Part shown: piece after piece, positions 10,568 through 20,749 of the stretch
Layout: the number at the start of each line of letters is the position of its first letter
How positions within the stretch are numbered: position 1 is the stretch's first letter
Source: Proteiniphilum sp.
GTDB lineage: Bacteria; Bacteroidota; Bacteroidia; Bacteroidales; Dysgonomonadaceae
Assembly (NCBI GenBank): GCA_028705255.1
Contig: JAQWDW010000006.1
Span: 5,562-69,561 of the forward strand
Direction: 5' to 3'
Length of the DNA: 64,000 bases
Notes under the pieces: model-generated
What the model was told of the DNA's origin: nothing
What the model saw: the letters and a program-made list of their open reading frames with translations, nothing else
Database searches by the model: none
Made by a program: the position numbers and the translations under genes

Positions 10568-11470
10568 ATGAAACCTACATTATTTGTTTTGGCTGCAGGA
10601 ATGGGCAGTCGTTATGGCGGATTAAAACAACTCGACGGCGTCGGTCCAAGTGGTGAGACCATCATGGACTATTCTATTTATGATGCTGTAAATGCCGGAT
10701 TTGGCAAGTTGGTTTTCGTAATCCGTAAATCATTTGAAGCCGACTTCAGAGAAAAGATTGTCAGCAAATATGACAAGAAAATACCGGTGGAACTGGTGTT
10801 TCAGGAGCTCGACCATCTTCCTGAGGGATTTACTCCACACCCTGATAGAGTGAAGCCTTGGGGCACCAACCACGCAGTGATGATGGGCAAAGAGGTGATT
10901 AAGGAACCTTTTGCCGTGATCAATGCCGACGACTTCTACGGGAGGGAGAGTTTTGGTGTACTGGCCGACTATCTTTCGGGTCTCGCCGGCAGTGAGAATA
11001 AATATTGCATGGTGGGTTACCACGTGGGAAATACGCTATCCGAAAGCGGTACCGTGGCACGAGGGGTATGTGAGACCGATGCCGTGGGACATCTTACCGG
11101 CGTGGTGGAACGTACACAGGTGATGCGTGTAGAGGGCAAAGTAAGCTACAAGGATGAAAACGACCAATGGGTTCCCATAGCTGACCATACCCCGGTGTCG
11201 ATGAATATGTGGGGCTTCACACCCGATTACTTCCGCTATTCCGACGACTACTTTATACAGTTCTTGAAGGAGAATGCTGACAATATCAAATCGGAATTTT
11301 TTATTCCTTTGCTGGTGAACCACCTCACTGTAACCGGTAAGGTGACCGTAAAAGTGTTGGATACTCCTTCAAAATGGTTCGGCGTGACCTATGCTGAAGA
11401 CCGTCCCGGTGTGGTGGCCAGGCTGAAAGAACTCACCGAAAGCGCTGTTTATCCCTCTCCGTTGTGGTAA
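10568..11470 (+). CDS. Sugar-phosphate nucleotidyltransferase
   Basis: LAAGMGSRYGGLKQ, KPWGT.HAV, INADDFYG. Substrate unknown. Confidence 0.85.
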   Translation: MKPTLFVLAAGMGSRYGGLKQLDGVGPSGETIMDYSIYDAVNAGFGKLVFVIRKSFEADFREKIVSKYDKKIPVELVFQELDHLPEGFTPHPDRVKPWGTNHAVMMGKEVIKEPFAVINADDFYGRESFGVLADYLSGLAGSENKYCMVGYHVGNTLSESGTVARGVCETDAVGHLTGVVERTQVMRVEGKVSYKDENDQWVPIADHTPVSMNMWGFTPDYFRYSDDYFIQFLKENADNIKSEFFIPLLVNHLTVTGKVTVKVLDTPSKWFGVTYAEDRPGVVARLKELTESAVYPSPLW

Positions 11471-11515
11471 ACTTACGAAGTTTTGGGTGGCATTATGCAC
11501 TGAATATGCTGTAGT

Positions 11516-12832
11516 ATGTGGATTGACGTCATTATTGTGCTCCTGTTGATCCTGCTCAACGGGTTTTTTGCTCTGTCGGAGATTGCCATTGTCTCGGCAA
11601 AGAAGAACAAACTCAACCGGGAACGCAAACAGGGAAAAAAGGGAGCCAGCCGGGCACTCAGGTTGCAGGCTGATCCTGATAACTTCCTATCGTCGGTGCA
11701 GGTGGGGATTACCCTCATCGGCATCGTCAACGGTGCATTTGGAGGGCAGGCTTTTGCAGCATATCTGGTACCCTTCTTTGAGCGGTTTGCAACGACAGCC
11801 CCATTTTCAGAGGGCATCTCCATGGTGATCGTGGTCTTCCTGATTACCTATGTATCCATTGTTGTTGGTGAGCTGGTACCCAAAACAATTGCTTTGAATA
11901 ACGCTGAAAAGATGGCCATTGCCGTCGCTCCTTTCATCCATGTGGTGAGCATCATATTTTATCCTTTTGTGAAGCTGCTGGCATTCTCTACCAGTTTTAT
12001 CTCCCGACTGATCGGTCTCAAACCGAGGGATGAGGTAATCTCTGAAATGGAGTTGCGCGCCATGCTGAAGACCGCCTCTCACGAAGGAGTCATTGATGTA
12101 GAAGAGAACATCATTCATGAACAGGTATTCTACTTCTCCGATAAAAGAGCCATCCACCTGATGACCCATCGCACCGATGTGGAGTGGGTGGATATCAGCA
12201 AAGAAAGGGAGGCAATTATTCAGGATCTGCTCCAGATGAAGCACAGCAAGATACTTGCCTGTAGAAAGAAGATTGATGAATTTGCGGGTATTATCTCCAT
12301 GCGTGACTTTCTGCTGCGATTGAGCAAAAGGGAACTTTTCTCGGTGGAGGATCTTATCATGGAGCCGATCATTGTACCCAACACACTTCGGGCACAGAAG
12401 GTGTTGGAAAACTTTAAAAGCAACCACAAGTTTGTGGCTGTTGTAGTGGACGAATATGGTAGCCTCGATGGAATCATCACCATGCATGATATATTCGAAA
12501 ATCTGGTGGGAGCCATACCGGAGGAAAATGACGATGCTTTGGCCGACCCGCTCCTGTTTATGCGCGATGATCATTCTGCGTTGGTGAGCGGTGAGGCTCC
12601 GATTGAGATATTGACCCAGCTCGATGAGGATTTCATCGTTGATTTTGATAAGATCGACTATTCTACAGTGGCAGGTTTTGTCTTTGCCTGCATCAACAAA
12701 ATACCTTTCGTGGGCGACAAATTCGATTATGATAACCTCCATTTTGAAATTATGGATGTAGACGGAAATAAAATTGATAAAATATTAGTAACAAAAAAAA
12801 TAAAAGACTCTGATGACGTGGAGATTAATTAA
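11516..12832 (+). CDS. CNNM/DUF21-CBS-CorC (HlyC/CorC) membrane protein, probable Mg/Co homeostasis
   Basis: LNGFFALSEIAIVSA, GELVPK, paired CBS domains (VVDEYG), C-terminal CorC domain. Confidence 0.9.
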   Translation: MWIDVIIVLLLILLNGFFALSEIAIVSAKKNKLNRERKQGKKGASRALRLQADPDNFLSSVQVGITLIGIVNGAFGGQAFAAYLVPFFERFATTAPFSEGISMVIVVFLITYVSIVVGELVPKTIALNNAEKMAIAVAPFIHVVSIIFYPFVKLLAFSTSFISRLIGLKPRDEVISEMELRAMLKTASHEGVIDVEENIIHEQVFYFSDKRAIHLMTHRTDVEWVDISKEREAIIQDLLQMKHSKILACRKKIDEFAGIISMRDFLLRLSKRELFSVEDLIMEPIIVPNTLRAQKVLENFKSNHKFVAVVVDEYGSLDGIITMHDIFENLVGAIPEENDDALADPLLFMRDDHSALVSGEAPIEILTQLDEDFIVDFDKIDYSTVAGFVFACINKIPFVGDKFDYDNLHFEIMDVDGNKIDKILVTKKIKDSDDVEIN

Positions 12833-12899
12833 TGCAGAGAATAAATTCTGAAATTTATGTTGTATAACACAATTTTTTTTTGGGTAATTGTCCAAATCT

Positions 12900-12914
12900 G
12901 TGTTAATTTTACAC
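12900..12914. promoter_or_regulatory. NrtR/AraR-type operator overlapping the galM promoter
   Basis: GTGT-TAATTTT-ACAC (GT-N7-AC core). It overlaps a TAATTTTA -7-like box located 21 nt after TTTG (12879-12882). Confidence 0.6.
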
Positions 12915-12973
12915 GAATTTAATTCAAAGATCAATCTTCATCAATATCTTATTCTTTAAACCAAGAAAATTAC

Positions 12974-14053
12974 ATGGACAAAATGTATAGCAAGTCCGGT
13001 TTGCTGGTCGAAGCATTTGAAAAAATAGTTGATGGCAAGCAGACCGGATTATATACGCTGACAAACAAAGCAGGAAGTGAAGTCACCATTACCAATTATG
13101 GTGCAAAAATTGTCTCGTTGATGGTACCAGACAAGAATGGCCTGCTCACTGATGTGGTGTTAGGACATTCCTCGATCGACGAGTATCTCATCTCCGAAGA
13201 GCCTTATTTTGGGGCGGTATGCGGCCGCACGGCAAATCGAATTGCCGGAGGCCGTTTTTCTTTAGAAGGGAAAGAGTACAGGCTTGCAGTGAACAATGGA
13301 CCCAACTCACTTCACGGTGGACTGAAAGGATTCAATGCGGTGGTGTGGGATGTGAGAAATGTCACCTCAGAAAGTATAGAACTTTTTTATTTTTCGCCCG
13401 ATAGTGAGGAAGGTTTTCCAGGAAACCTCTCGGTCATGGTAACTTACACCCTCACAGATGACAATGCGCTCGAGTTACACTATCAGGCTACTACTGATAA
13501 AACAACCATTCTGAACCTGACAAATCATTCTTATTTCAACCTGTCGGGTGAGGGTGATCCCTATATAGGTGATCATCTCCTTATGCTGAATGCCGATGTG
13601 TACCTCCCTACCGATGCCACAGCCATTCCCTACGGCGACCCTGCACCGGTAAAAGATACCCCCATGGATTTCACCAAACCTTATGCAATTGGTGCACGCA
13701 TCAACGATGATTTTGAACAGCTACACTTTGGTAAAGGGTATGATCACACTTATATCATAAATAAACCGTCCGGGGACGATGTACATCATCATTATGCAGG
13801 TTACTGCCAATCTCCTAAAACTGGTATAAAAATGGAGATATACACCACCGAGCCGGGCTTACAGCTGTATACCGGAAACTGGATGACTGGCAGGTTCAAG
13901 GCTAAGAACGGACACTGTTATCCCGAAAGAGCAGCTGTATGCTTCGAGACACAGCATTTCCCCGACAGCATCAACAAACCGGCTTACCCTTCGGTGATAC
14001 TGAAGCCCGGGGAGCAGTTTGATTCACGCACCACCTACCAATTTACACTTTGA
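12974..14053 (+). CDS. galM: Aldose 1-epimerase (galactose mutarotase)
   Basis: GR.ANRI, NSLHGG, NLTNHSYFNL, GYDH, CFETQHFPDS. Confidence 0.93.
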   Translation: MDKMYSKSGLLVEAFEKIVDGKQTGLYTLTNKAGSEVTITNYGAKIVSLMVPDKNGLLTDVVLGHSSIDEYLISEEPYFGAVCGRTANRIAGGRFSLEGKEYRLAVNNGPNSLHGGLKGFNAVVWDVRNVTSESIELFYFSPDSEEGFPGNLSVMVTYTLTDDNALELHYQATTDKTTILNLTNHSYFNLSGEGDPYIGDHLLMLNADVYLPTDATAIPYGDPAPVKDTPMDFTKPYAIGARINDDFEQLHFGKGYDHTYIINKPSGDDVHHHYAGYCQSPKTGIKMEIYTTEPGLQLYTGNWMTGRFKAKNGHCYPERAAVCFETQHFPDSINKPAYPSVILKPGEQFDSRTTYQFTL

Positions 14054-14094
14054 TAATTCGTTACAACAACTATATCGTAAGTTAATTAATTAAT

Positions 14095-15408
14095 ATGAAA
14101 GAAATGAATACAACAACCAATCAATCAACGAACCGGATTGTGCCCATTATCATGATGATCGCACTGTTCGGTATGATCTCATTTGTTACCAATCTGGCAG
14201 CACCCATGGGACAAGTATTAAAGGAACAGTTCGGTGCATCCAACTTCCAGGGTCTGCTTGGAAACGCTGCCAACTTCATAGCATATGCTGTAATGGGTAT
14301 TCCCGGCGGCATTCTCCTGCAGCGTATTGGCTACAAGAAAACAGCGCTCATCGCCATTGCAATCGGCTTCGTGGGAGTACTGATTCAGTATCTTTCAGGT
14401 CATGCTGACCAAAACGTAGCTTTTGGAGTTTATTTGCTTGGCGCTTTTGTCGCAGGTTTCTCCATGTGTCTGTTGAACATTGTAGTGAACCCGATGCTGA
14501 ACACTCTCGGCGGAGGCGGCAACAAAGGGAACCAGCTCATTCAGATTGGAGGTTCTTTCAACTCTGTAATGGCAACCTTTACACCTGCATTCGTGGGAAT
14601 CCTCATTGGTGAAGCAGCCAAAGCCAATATCAAGGATGTGTTCCCAGTCATGTATATTGCCATGGGAGTTTTTGCATTGGTGTTTTTTGTGATGATGGCC
14701 GTTTCAATCCCTGAACCCCATATATCGAAAGACAAGCAGTCATTGAAACAATTGATGACCGGTGCCCTTAAGTTCAGACATTTTGTATTGGGTGCTATCG
14801 CCATCTTCGTCTATGTGGGAGTGGAAGTGGGAACCCCTGGTGTGATGATTTACTGGCTCTCTGATAATCCCGAAGTGGGAAAAACTATCGCCGGTTTTGT
14901 TGCTGGAACATATTGGTTGCTGATGCTTGCCGGTCGTCTCATAGGTGCTTCCATCGCTAGCAAGGTTTCAAGCAAAACGATGCTTACCGTCACCTCATTT
15001 GTAGGACTGATATTGGTGCTGTTGGCAATTTTTTCACCCACTGACAGCATGGTTTCACTGCCTGTACTGCAGCGCTCAGCAGCAGGTGCGCTCTCTTTTG
15101 GCCTTGCTCAGGTACCCATCAATGCGATGTTTATCGTGCTGGTAGGACTCTGTACTTCGATCATGTGGGGTGGCATCTTTAACCTCGCAGTGGAAGGACT
15201 GGGTAAATATACGGCTGCGGCATCCGGATTATTCATGGTACTTGTATGCGGTGGGGGAATCCTTCCTGCCATTCAGGGAAGTGTTGCCGATGCAGCTGGT
15301 TATCTTTCCAGTTACTGGGTTATTGTGATCGGTCTTGCTTACCTGTTATATTATGCAGTGATAGGATCCAAGAATGTGAACAAAAATATTAACGTGGCCG
15401 ATGAATAA
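14095..15408 (+). CDS. MFS sugar:H+ symporter (FucP/GluP type), probable galactose permease
   Basis: About 12 TM segments, NPMLN.LG, YVGVEV, SIMWGGIF. Sits between galM and galK. Confidence 0.88.
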   Translation: MKEMNTTTNQSTNRIVPIIMMIALFGMISFVTNLAAPMGQVLKEQFGASNFQGLLGNAANFIAYAVMGIPGGILLQRIGYKKTALIAIAIGFVGVLIQYLSGHADQNVAFGVYLLGAFVAGFSMCLLNIVVNPMLNTLGGGGNKGNQLIQIGGSFNSVMATFTPAFVGILIGEAAKANIKDVFPVMYIAMGVFALVFFVMMAVSIPEPHISKDKQSLKQLMTGALKFRHFVLGAIAIFVYVGVEVGTPGVMIYWLSDNPEVGKTIAGFVAGTYWLLMLAGRLIGASIASKVSSKTMLTVTSFVGLILVLLAIFSPTDSMVSLPVLQRSAAGALSFGLAQVPINAMFIVLVGLCTSIMWGGIFNLAVEGLGKYTAAASGLFMVLVCGGGILPAIQGSVADAAGYLSSYWVIVIGLAYLLYYAVIGSKNVNKNINVADE

Positions 15409-15413
15409 ACGGT

Positions 15414-15444
15414 AAAAGCCCGTTGAAAAACGGGCTTTTTTTTT
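15414..15444 (+). terminator. Intrinsic terminator between the permease and galK
   Basis: AAAAGCCCGTT/AACGGGCTTTT hairpin followed by a long T run. Confidence 0.75.
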
Positions 15445-15474
15445 CCCTATAATCTCAATAAGTACAACGGAAAT

Positions 15475-16623
15475 ATGACTAAACAAGAAGTAATAGATAT
15501 TTTTCAAAAAAAATACGGTGGTGACACCCCCGATGTGTATACCTCTCCTGGGCGTATCAACCTGATCGGTGAACATACTGATTACAATGGCAGTTTTGTT
15601 TTTCCCGGTGCTATCGACAAGGGAATGACTGCGGCCATTCTTTTTAACGGAACTGACAAGGTAAGAGCCTATGCCATTGACCTGGATGAAAGTAGCGAGT
15701 TCGGACTCAACGAGGAGGATCTCCCGAAAGAGGGATGGGCCAAATATATCTTTGGCGTTTGCCGTGAGATTATCAAAAGAGGTGGCAAACTGAAGGGATT
15801 CGACACAGTTTTCACTGGTGATGTCCCCCTGGGTGCAGGAATGTCTTCCTCCGCAGCGTTGGAGAGCACCTTTGCATTTGCACTGAACGACCTGCTGAAC
15901 CTTGGCATCGACAAATTTGAGTTGGCCCGCATCGGACAAAGCACTGAACACAATTACGTGGGTGTTAAGTGTGGCATCATGGACCAGTTCGCCTCTATTT
16001 TCGGTCAGAAGGGTCATCTGATTCGTCTTGATACCAAATCGATGGAATATGCCTATTTCCCATTCGACCCGAAAGGGTACAAGGTGGTTCTGCTCGACAC
16101 GGTGGTAAAGCATGAACTGGCCTCCTCGGCCTACAACAAACGCCGCGAGTCGTGTGAGCACGCTGCTCGCACGATTGCCAAACGACATCCAGAGGTGATG
16201 TTCCTGCGTGATGCCTCCTTAGAGATGCTAGACGAGGTGAAGAGCGAGATATCCGAAGAGGATTACATGCGCGCGAAGTACGTGATCGAGGAGACCCAGC
16301 GGGTAAGAGAGGTGAGCGACGCCTTGGAACGGGGCGACTATGAAACGGTGGGACAGAAGATGTATGAAACCCATCACGGTATGAGCAAGCTCTATGAAGT
16401 GAGCTGCGAAGAACTCGATTTTCTGAATGATGTTGCACGTGAACATGGCGTCACCGGCTCACGCGTGATGGGAGGCGGATTTGGCGGATGTACCATTAAC
16501 CTGGTGAAGGATGAGCTGTACGATTCTTTTATCCAGGATGCCAAAGCTCAGTTCAGTGCCAAATATGGCCATGATCCCAAAGTCTACGACGTGGTAATCA
16601 GCGACGGAGCACGCAGACTTTGA
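15475..16623 (+). CDS. galK: Galactokinase
   Basis: PGRINLIGEHTDYN, PLGAGMSSSAA, CGIMDQF, GSRVMGGGFGGC. Confidence 0.97.
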   Translation: MTKQEVIDIFQKKYGGDTPDVYTSPGRINLIGEHTDYNGSFVFPGAIDKGMTAAILFNGTDKVRAYAIDLDESSEFGLNEEDLPKEGWAKYIFGVCREIIKRGGKLKGFDTVFTGDVPLGAGMSSSAALESTFAFALNDLLNLGIDKFELARIGQSTEHNYVGVKCGIMDQFASIFGQKGHLIRLDTKSMEYAYFPFDPKGYKVVLLDTVVKHELASSAYNKRRESCEHAARTIAKRHPEVMFLRDASLEMLDEVKSEISEEDYMRAKYVIEETQRVREVSDALERGDYETVGQKMYETHHGMSKLYEVSCEELDFLNDVAREHGVTGSRVMGGGFGGCTINLVKDELYDSFIQDAKAQFSAKYGHDPKVYDVVISDGARRL

Positions 16624-16644
16624 TCCCAACAGAGAGACTATAAA

Positions 16645-16693
16645 CCGGAAGACAGATGCCTCAAGGTATCTGCTTCCGGCTTTATTACTTTTT
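16645..16693 (+). terminator. Long hairpin terminator after galK
   Basis: CCGGAAG-A-CAGATGCC / GGTATCTG-CTTCCGG arms followed by TTTATTACTTTTT. Confidence 0.7.
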
Positions 16694-16729
16694 CTTATAC
16701 CATCAAACAAAATCTCGATACCTTAGGTT

Positions 16730-17422
16730 ATGTCTACCAGCTATTACCAAAACAATGATCATTTTTTGATCGCTGCCGATTGCATCATCTTTGGATTCCG
16801 AAAAAAAGAATTGCATCTGCTACTCACACGCCGTCCTGTGGAGCCACTCAAAAACGAATGGTCCCTGATGGGCGGATTTATGGAAGAAAATGAAAGCCTT
16901 ACCCAAGCAGCAGAAAAGATACTCTATCGCTATACACAGCAGGAAGGTATTTATATGGAGCAGGTAGGTGCTTATGGGGAGCCGGACCGCGACAGTGGTG
17001 CCCGGGTTATTTCAGTGGCCTTTTATGCGCTGGTAAAGATGGAGAACTTTAATACCTCACTGGCTCAAAAATTTGATGCCCGCTGGATCAACATTAACGA
17101 GCTACCTGAGTTGGTCTTCGATCATAACCGCATGGTTAACGATGCACTCACGTTGTTGCGATACAAAGTGTCGACAGAACCGATAATCTTCAATTTCTTC
17201 GATGGAAAGTTCACACTTACCTCACTGCAGGATCTATATGAAACCATTTACCAGATGCCTCTAGACAAGCGAAATTTCAGAAAGAAACTCGCCTCGATGA
17301 ACATCCTAGACAAACTCACCATCAAAGACAAGGAAAACTCCAGACGGGGCGCCTACTATTACACTTTTAATCCAGAAAAATACGGTGCCTTCCTGAAGGC
17401 GGGTAATCGCTTCTCAATCTGA
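16730..17422 (+). CDS. NrtR/AraR-family regulator (Nudix + winged HTH)
   Basis: Degenerate Nudix domain (WSLMGGF...E, AYGEPDRD.GARVIS, FDHNRMV) plus C-terminal FTLTSLQDLYE...DKRNFRKK...RGAYYY wHTH. Confidence 0.9.
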   Translation: MSTSYYQNNDHFLIAADCIIFGFRKKELHLLLTRRPVEPLKNEWSLMGGFMEENESLTQAAEKILYRYTQQEGIYMEQVGAYGEPDRDSGARVISVAFYALVKMENFNTSLAQKFDARWININELPELVFDHNRMVNDALTLLRYKVSTEPIIFNFFDGKFTLTSLQDLYETIYQMPLDKRNFRKKLASMNILDKLTIKDKENSRRGAYYYTFNPEKYGAFLKAGNRFSI

Positions 17423-17450
17423 AACAAAAGCAGTGGTGGGTTGCATTTGT

Positions 17451-18182
17451 TTAGTTTCTGAGATAGTAGTTTACGGTGGTTACCACCCGCACATTCTTGA
17501 TGTAGGGGGTGTTGGCATCCCGGTCGGTAATGGTAAACTGACCCTGCGATGCGTTGCGTATTTTACCCAGCTTGCTGCCTGAATCCAGTGCGAACTTCTC
17601 TGCCGCCTCTCTGGCATTCTTGGTGGCCTCTTCAATCATTGCCGGTTTGATGTTGTTTAAGCCTGTAAATTCATAGAGTGTGTTGTAGCGATAATCTCCG
17701 CCTGTAATGGCTACGCCCTGTTTGAGCAATTCGGTCTGTCCCGATATCAGTTTTCTTATTTTTTCCACATCGGTGGAGGTAACCGTAATGACCGAGGTAG
17801 CATTGTACCGGTACTGAATGGCCTGGTTAAGGTAGCGCTCCGCTTCCATATCGATGATCTCAGGTGGTGCCACGCTTATCTCTTCGCGTGTGATACCATG
17901 CGACACTAAAAAATCGACAATGGTTTTGTTTTTACTTTGAATGTTCGTGTAAAGTGTGCTCAGGTCATTTCCAAGATCTTTATACATCAACGGCCAAATC
18001 ACTTTGTCAGCCGGCACTTCCATTTCTGCAAGTCCTTTCACGGCCACCACACGGTCTTTGTCGCTGAAGTTGTGGATGGCGGCTTTCAGTACGATGCCCA
18101 TCACGACCAAACCTAGAGCCAGAATGGCCGCTTCTATGATACGGTTCCTTGAACGTTCGCTTTTAAATTCTTGTTCCTGCAT
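17451..18182 (-). CDS. SIMPL (DUF541) domain protein
   Basis: N-terminal TM, V.VKGLAE.EV.AD, ATKNAREAAEKFA.DSG..LGKI, VRVVTTV.Y. Confidence 0.85.
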   Translation of the reverse strand: MQEQEFKSERSRNRIIEAAILALGLVVMGIVLKAAIHNFSDKDRVVAVKGLAEMEVPADKVIWPLMYKDLGNDLSTLYTNIQSKNKTIVDFLVSHGITREEISVAPPEIIDMEAERYLNQAIQYRYNATSVITVTSTDVEKIRKLISGQTELLKQGVAITGGDYRYNTLYEFTGLNNIKPAMIEEATKNAREAAEKFALDSGSKLGKIRNASQGQFTITDRDANTPYIKNVRVVTTVNYYLRN

Positions 18183-18270
18183 GCTTAATTTTTTTTAATA
18201 AATGGGTATAATTGGTAAATCCTATTGAATAGATGAATATGGACCTAAAGATACACATCTTTTGTCTGCC

Positions 18271-19290
18271 TCATCCTTTATTAGCTAAGATTTTTTTGTA
18301 AACTTCAATATAACGATTCGCCATGATTTCCTTGCTGAAATGCTTTTCCACATGTTTCCTGCAATTTAGACGGTTTATCTGGTCTGTTTTTTTTATTTTT
18401 TCGATTGCTTCATCCATATTTTCTGCGAGAAAGCCATTCTCTCCGTCGACAATCAATTCCTTCATACTTCCTTTGTTGAAGGCGACTACTGGTGTACCGC
18501 AAGCCATGGCTTCTACTACGGAAAGGCCAAATGGTTCATTGAAGTGGATGGGATGCAGCAGTAGTTTTGTGTTACCCAGAAGAACATTCCGTTTTTCTGG
18601 CCCCACGCTACCGATGTATTCAACCTCTCCCACCTTTAGAAAAGGTTTCACAAACTGGTTGAAATAATCCATATCCTGAATAATACCGGCAATAATTAAT
18701 CGAGTATTTACATACCGAGCTATTTGAATCGCTTCCCAGGTACCTTTGTCATGATGTATTCTTCCAAAATAGAGGATATAATCGTCTTTTGGCTCCGGAA
18801 TATACGTAAACTGATTCAGGTCTATGCCGTGATGAATCGTGTCAATATAATGCAGCTCCGGTGAACGGTCGGCATTGCTGATAGAAACATAATGGGTATG
18901 GTCGTTGTATTTTTTATACACCGGCAGGATACGAGGTGATGAGAAACCGTGTATGGTGGTTAACATCGGTGTCTTTGTGAGCTTGGAAAAGGTAAGTGGT
19001 AGAAAATCGAACTGGTTATGCACAAGATCAAATTCATCCGCATGTTCCAAACACAAAGAGATATGAAGTGATTCCCATACCTTTGGGTCTATGTTTTTAT
19101 CCTCTTCGTAACCCCTGGGGCAGACCGCTATTAATTTGGCATTCGTGCGTGAGTTAGCCGTCGCAAAGAGTGTTACATCCAAACCGTTTTTCACCAGCTC
19201 CTCCGTCAGTAGTGAGGTAACCAACTCCCATGGACCATAATGATCGGGGGGTGTGCGCCAGGCTATGGAAGAGAGCATTGCAATTTTCAT
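18271..19290 (-). CDS. Glycosyltransferase family 4
   Basis: PP..YGPWE, FGRIH.DKG, EPFGLSVVEAMACGTPV. Confidence 0.9.
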   Translation of the reverse strand: MKIAMLSSIAWRTPPDHYGPWELVTSLLTEELVKNGLDVTLFATANSRTNAKLIAVCPRGYEEDKNIDPKVWESLHISLCLEHADEFDLVHNQFDFLPLTFSKLTKTPMLTTIHGFSSPRILPVYKKYNDHTHYVSISNADRSPELHYIDTIHHGIDLNQFTYIPEPKDDYILYFGRIHHDKGTWEAIQIARYVNTRLIIAGIIQDMDYFNQFVKPFLKVGEVEYIGSVGPEKRNVLLGNTKLLLHPIHFNEPFGLSVVEAMACGTPVVAFNKGSMKELIVDGENGFLAENMDEAIEKIKKTDQINRLNCRKHVEKHFSKEIMANRYIEVYKKILANKG

Positions 19291-19303
19291 TCAACATAGA
19301 AGA

Positions 19304-20749
19304 TTAATTGTTCCTCATAGCCTGCAACAAGTCGTCTATTCTGATCGTGGCAAAAGTGGTGATTACATCACCAACGGCATACGGTAGCACCAGTGTGCGG
19401 TTTACCACCATCGCCCCGCAGGTGTAAATTACATTGGGTACGTAGCCGGAGCTTTCCTCTTTCGAAGGGGTGAGCAATGGTTTTTTCAGTCTTCCGATAA
19501 CCTGTAGCGGATCTTCCTTGTCAAGCAACACAGCTCCCAGAGAATAAGTGCGTACAGGGCCAACACCGTGCGTGATCACCAACCAGCCTTCATCAATTTC
19601 CATGGGAGATCCGCAGTTGCCTATTTGAATCAACTCCCAATCATAAGTTGGCTTCAAAAGAGGTTGATATTCATACCAGAAATAAAGATTGTCAGATTTC
19701 ATGATATAGAGCGACTCGTTGTCCTGGCGTCCCAGCATCATGTAAGATCCGTTAATTTTTCTTGGAAAAAGTGCCATACCCTTATTGCTTGCACCAGGAC
19801 CATTCAAAGTGGATATTTTAAACGATTTGAAATCTACCGTCTCAAGGAGTTCGGGCATGATAGTCTTCCCGTTGTAGGCAGTGAAGGTGGCATAATATAC
19901 CACTTGCTGGTCGTCATGGATAAATCGCACAAAACGAGCATCTTCCAGTCCGTTACTCTGAGAAGGCGATGCTGGATAAATTGCCCTTTCCGTAATATTG
20001 TCGGTCGTGAAATCAAGAGAAAAGTTAGAAAGGGCCAGCGATCGGATGTTGTTCATGGAGATTTCCAACTCTTCTGTGCTGACGGTTGTGTTTTCCTTGA
20101 ATGTCCGGTTGATGGCTTTGGTCAATTCCACATAGGAAAATTCATCAGCCATGTGCTGAAAAAGATCCCTGTTGAGGTTTGTGAGAATACCAAGCTCGTG
20201 TGCCTTTTTGATCATCAGTTCTTTCTCATAATGATGTTCAAACCTTTCCGGCTCATAGACAACAGGGGAGTTCTCGGCGACCGATATATTGAAGTCGGCA
20301 TCAATTTCACCCTCCATGAAAGTGATCGAGGATATATGCCCTTCACCCACAGCTCGCAGGCTAATGATAAAACGGATTACCCCTTCCTTATCCTGTATGG
20401 GGTGGGGAACAATGGAGGGATTAAACAGTGCGGTAGATTCAAGCGCATATTGCTGTGTAAAAAAGGCACCGATGAATCGTTTGTCATCCTTAGTGAGCTC
20501 AATGTTGGAAGGAATGCGGTGTTCAATATGTCCAAAGTGTCTGAGAAAAATACGCTGGATGACTTCTGGCGATACTTCAATTCTATCACATGCATCCTGA
20601 AGGATTTGCTTTCTCTCTTTCTTGGAAATCGCAAAAGCACGGAATAGAATATGTTCCACCTGATATTTGTTTGCCGGGACAAAAGGGCGCACCAGCGTAC
20701 GACGTGAGGAAGGCACTATGTGGATGGGATGTCGTTGCATTTCGATCAT
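19304..20749 (-). CDS. GH130-like glycosidase/phosphorylase, long form with N-terminal extension
   Basis: LFNPSIVPHP, NGLEDARFV, NKGMALFPRK, IGNCGSP, HGVG, YVPNVIYTCG. Confidence 0.8.
   Translation of the reverse strand: MIEMQRHPIHIVPSSRRTLVRPFVPANKYQVEHILFRAFAISKKERKQILQDACDRIEVSPEVIQRIFLRHFGHIEHRIPSNIELTKDDKRFIGAFFTQQYALESTALFNPSIVPHPIQDKEGVIRFIISLRAVGEGHISSITFMEGEIDADFNISVAENSPVVYEPERFEHHYEKELMIKKAHELGILTNLNRDLFQHMADEFSYVELTKAINRTFKENTTVSTEELEISMNNIRSLALSNFSLDFTTDNITERAIYPASPSQSNGLEDARFVRFIHDDQQVVYYATFTAYNGKTIMPELLETVDFKSFKISTLNGPGASNKGMALFPRKINGSYMMLGRQDNESLYIMKSDNLYFWYEYQPLLKPTYDWELIQIGNCGSPMEIDEGWLVITHGVGPVRTYSLGAVLLDKEDPLQVIGRLKKPLLTPSKEESSGYVPNVIYTCGAMVVNRTLVLPYAVGDVITTFATIRIDDLLQAMRNN

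Noticed and set aside
11516-12832. Hemolysin or toxin
   Set aside because: The DUF21-CBS-CorC architecture is a cation-homeostasis protein despite the legacy family name.
19568-20647. 359-aa ORF on the + strand; similar long shadow ORFs at 11807-12742, 15346-16188 and others in the track
   Set aside because: They are antisense to well-supported genes and have no recognisable motifs, so they are codon-bias shadows.
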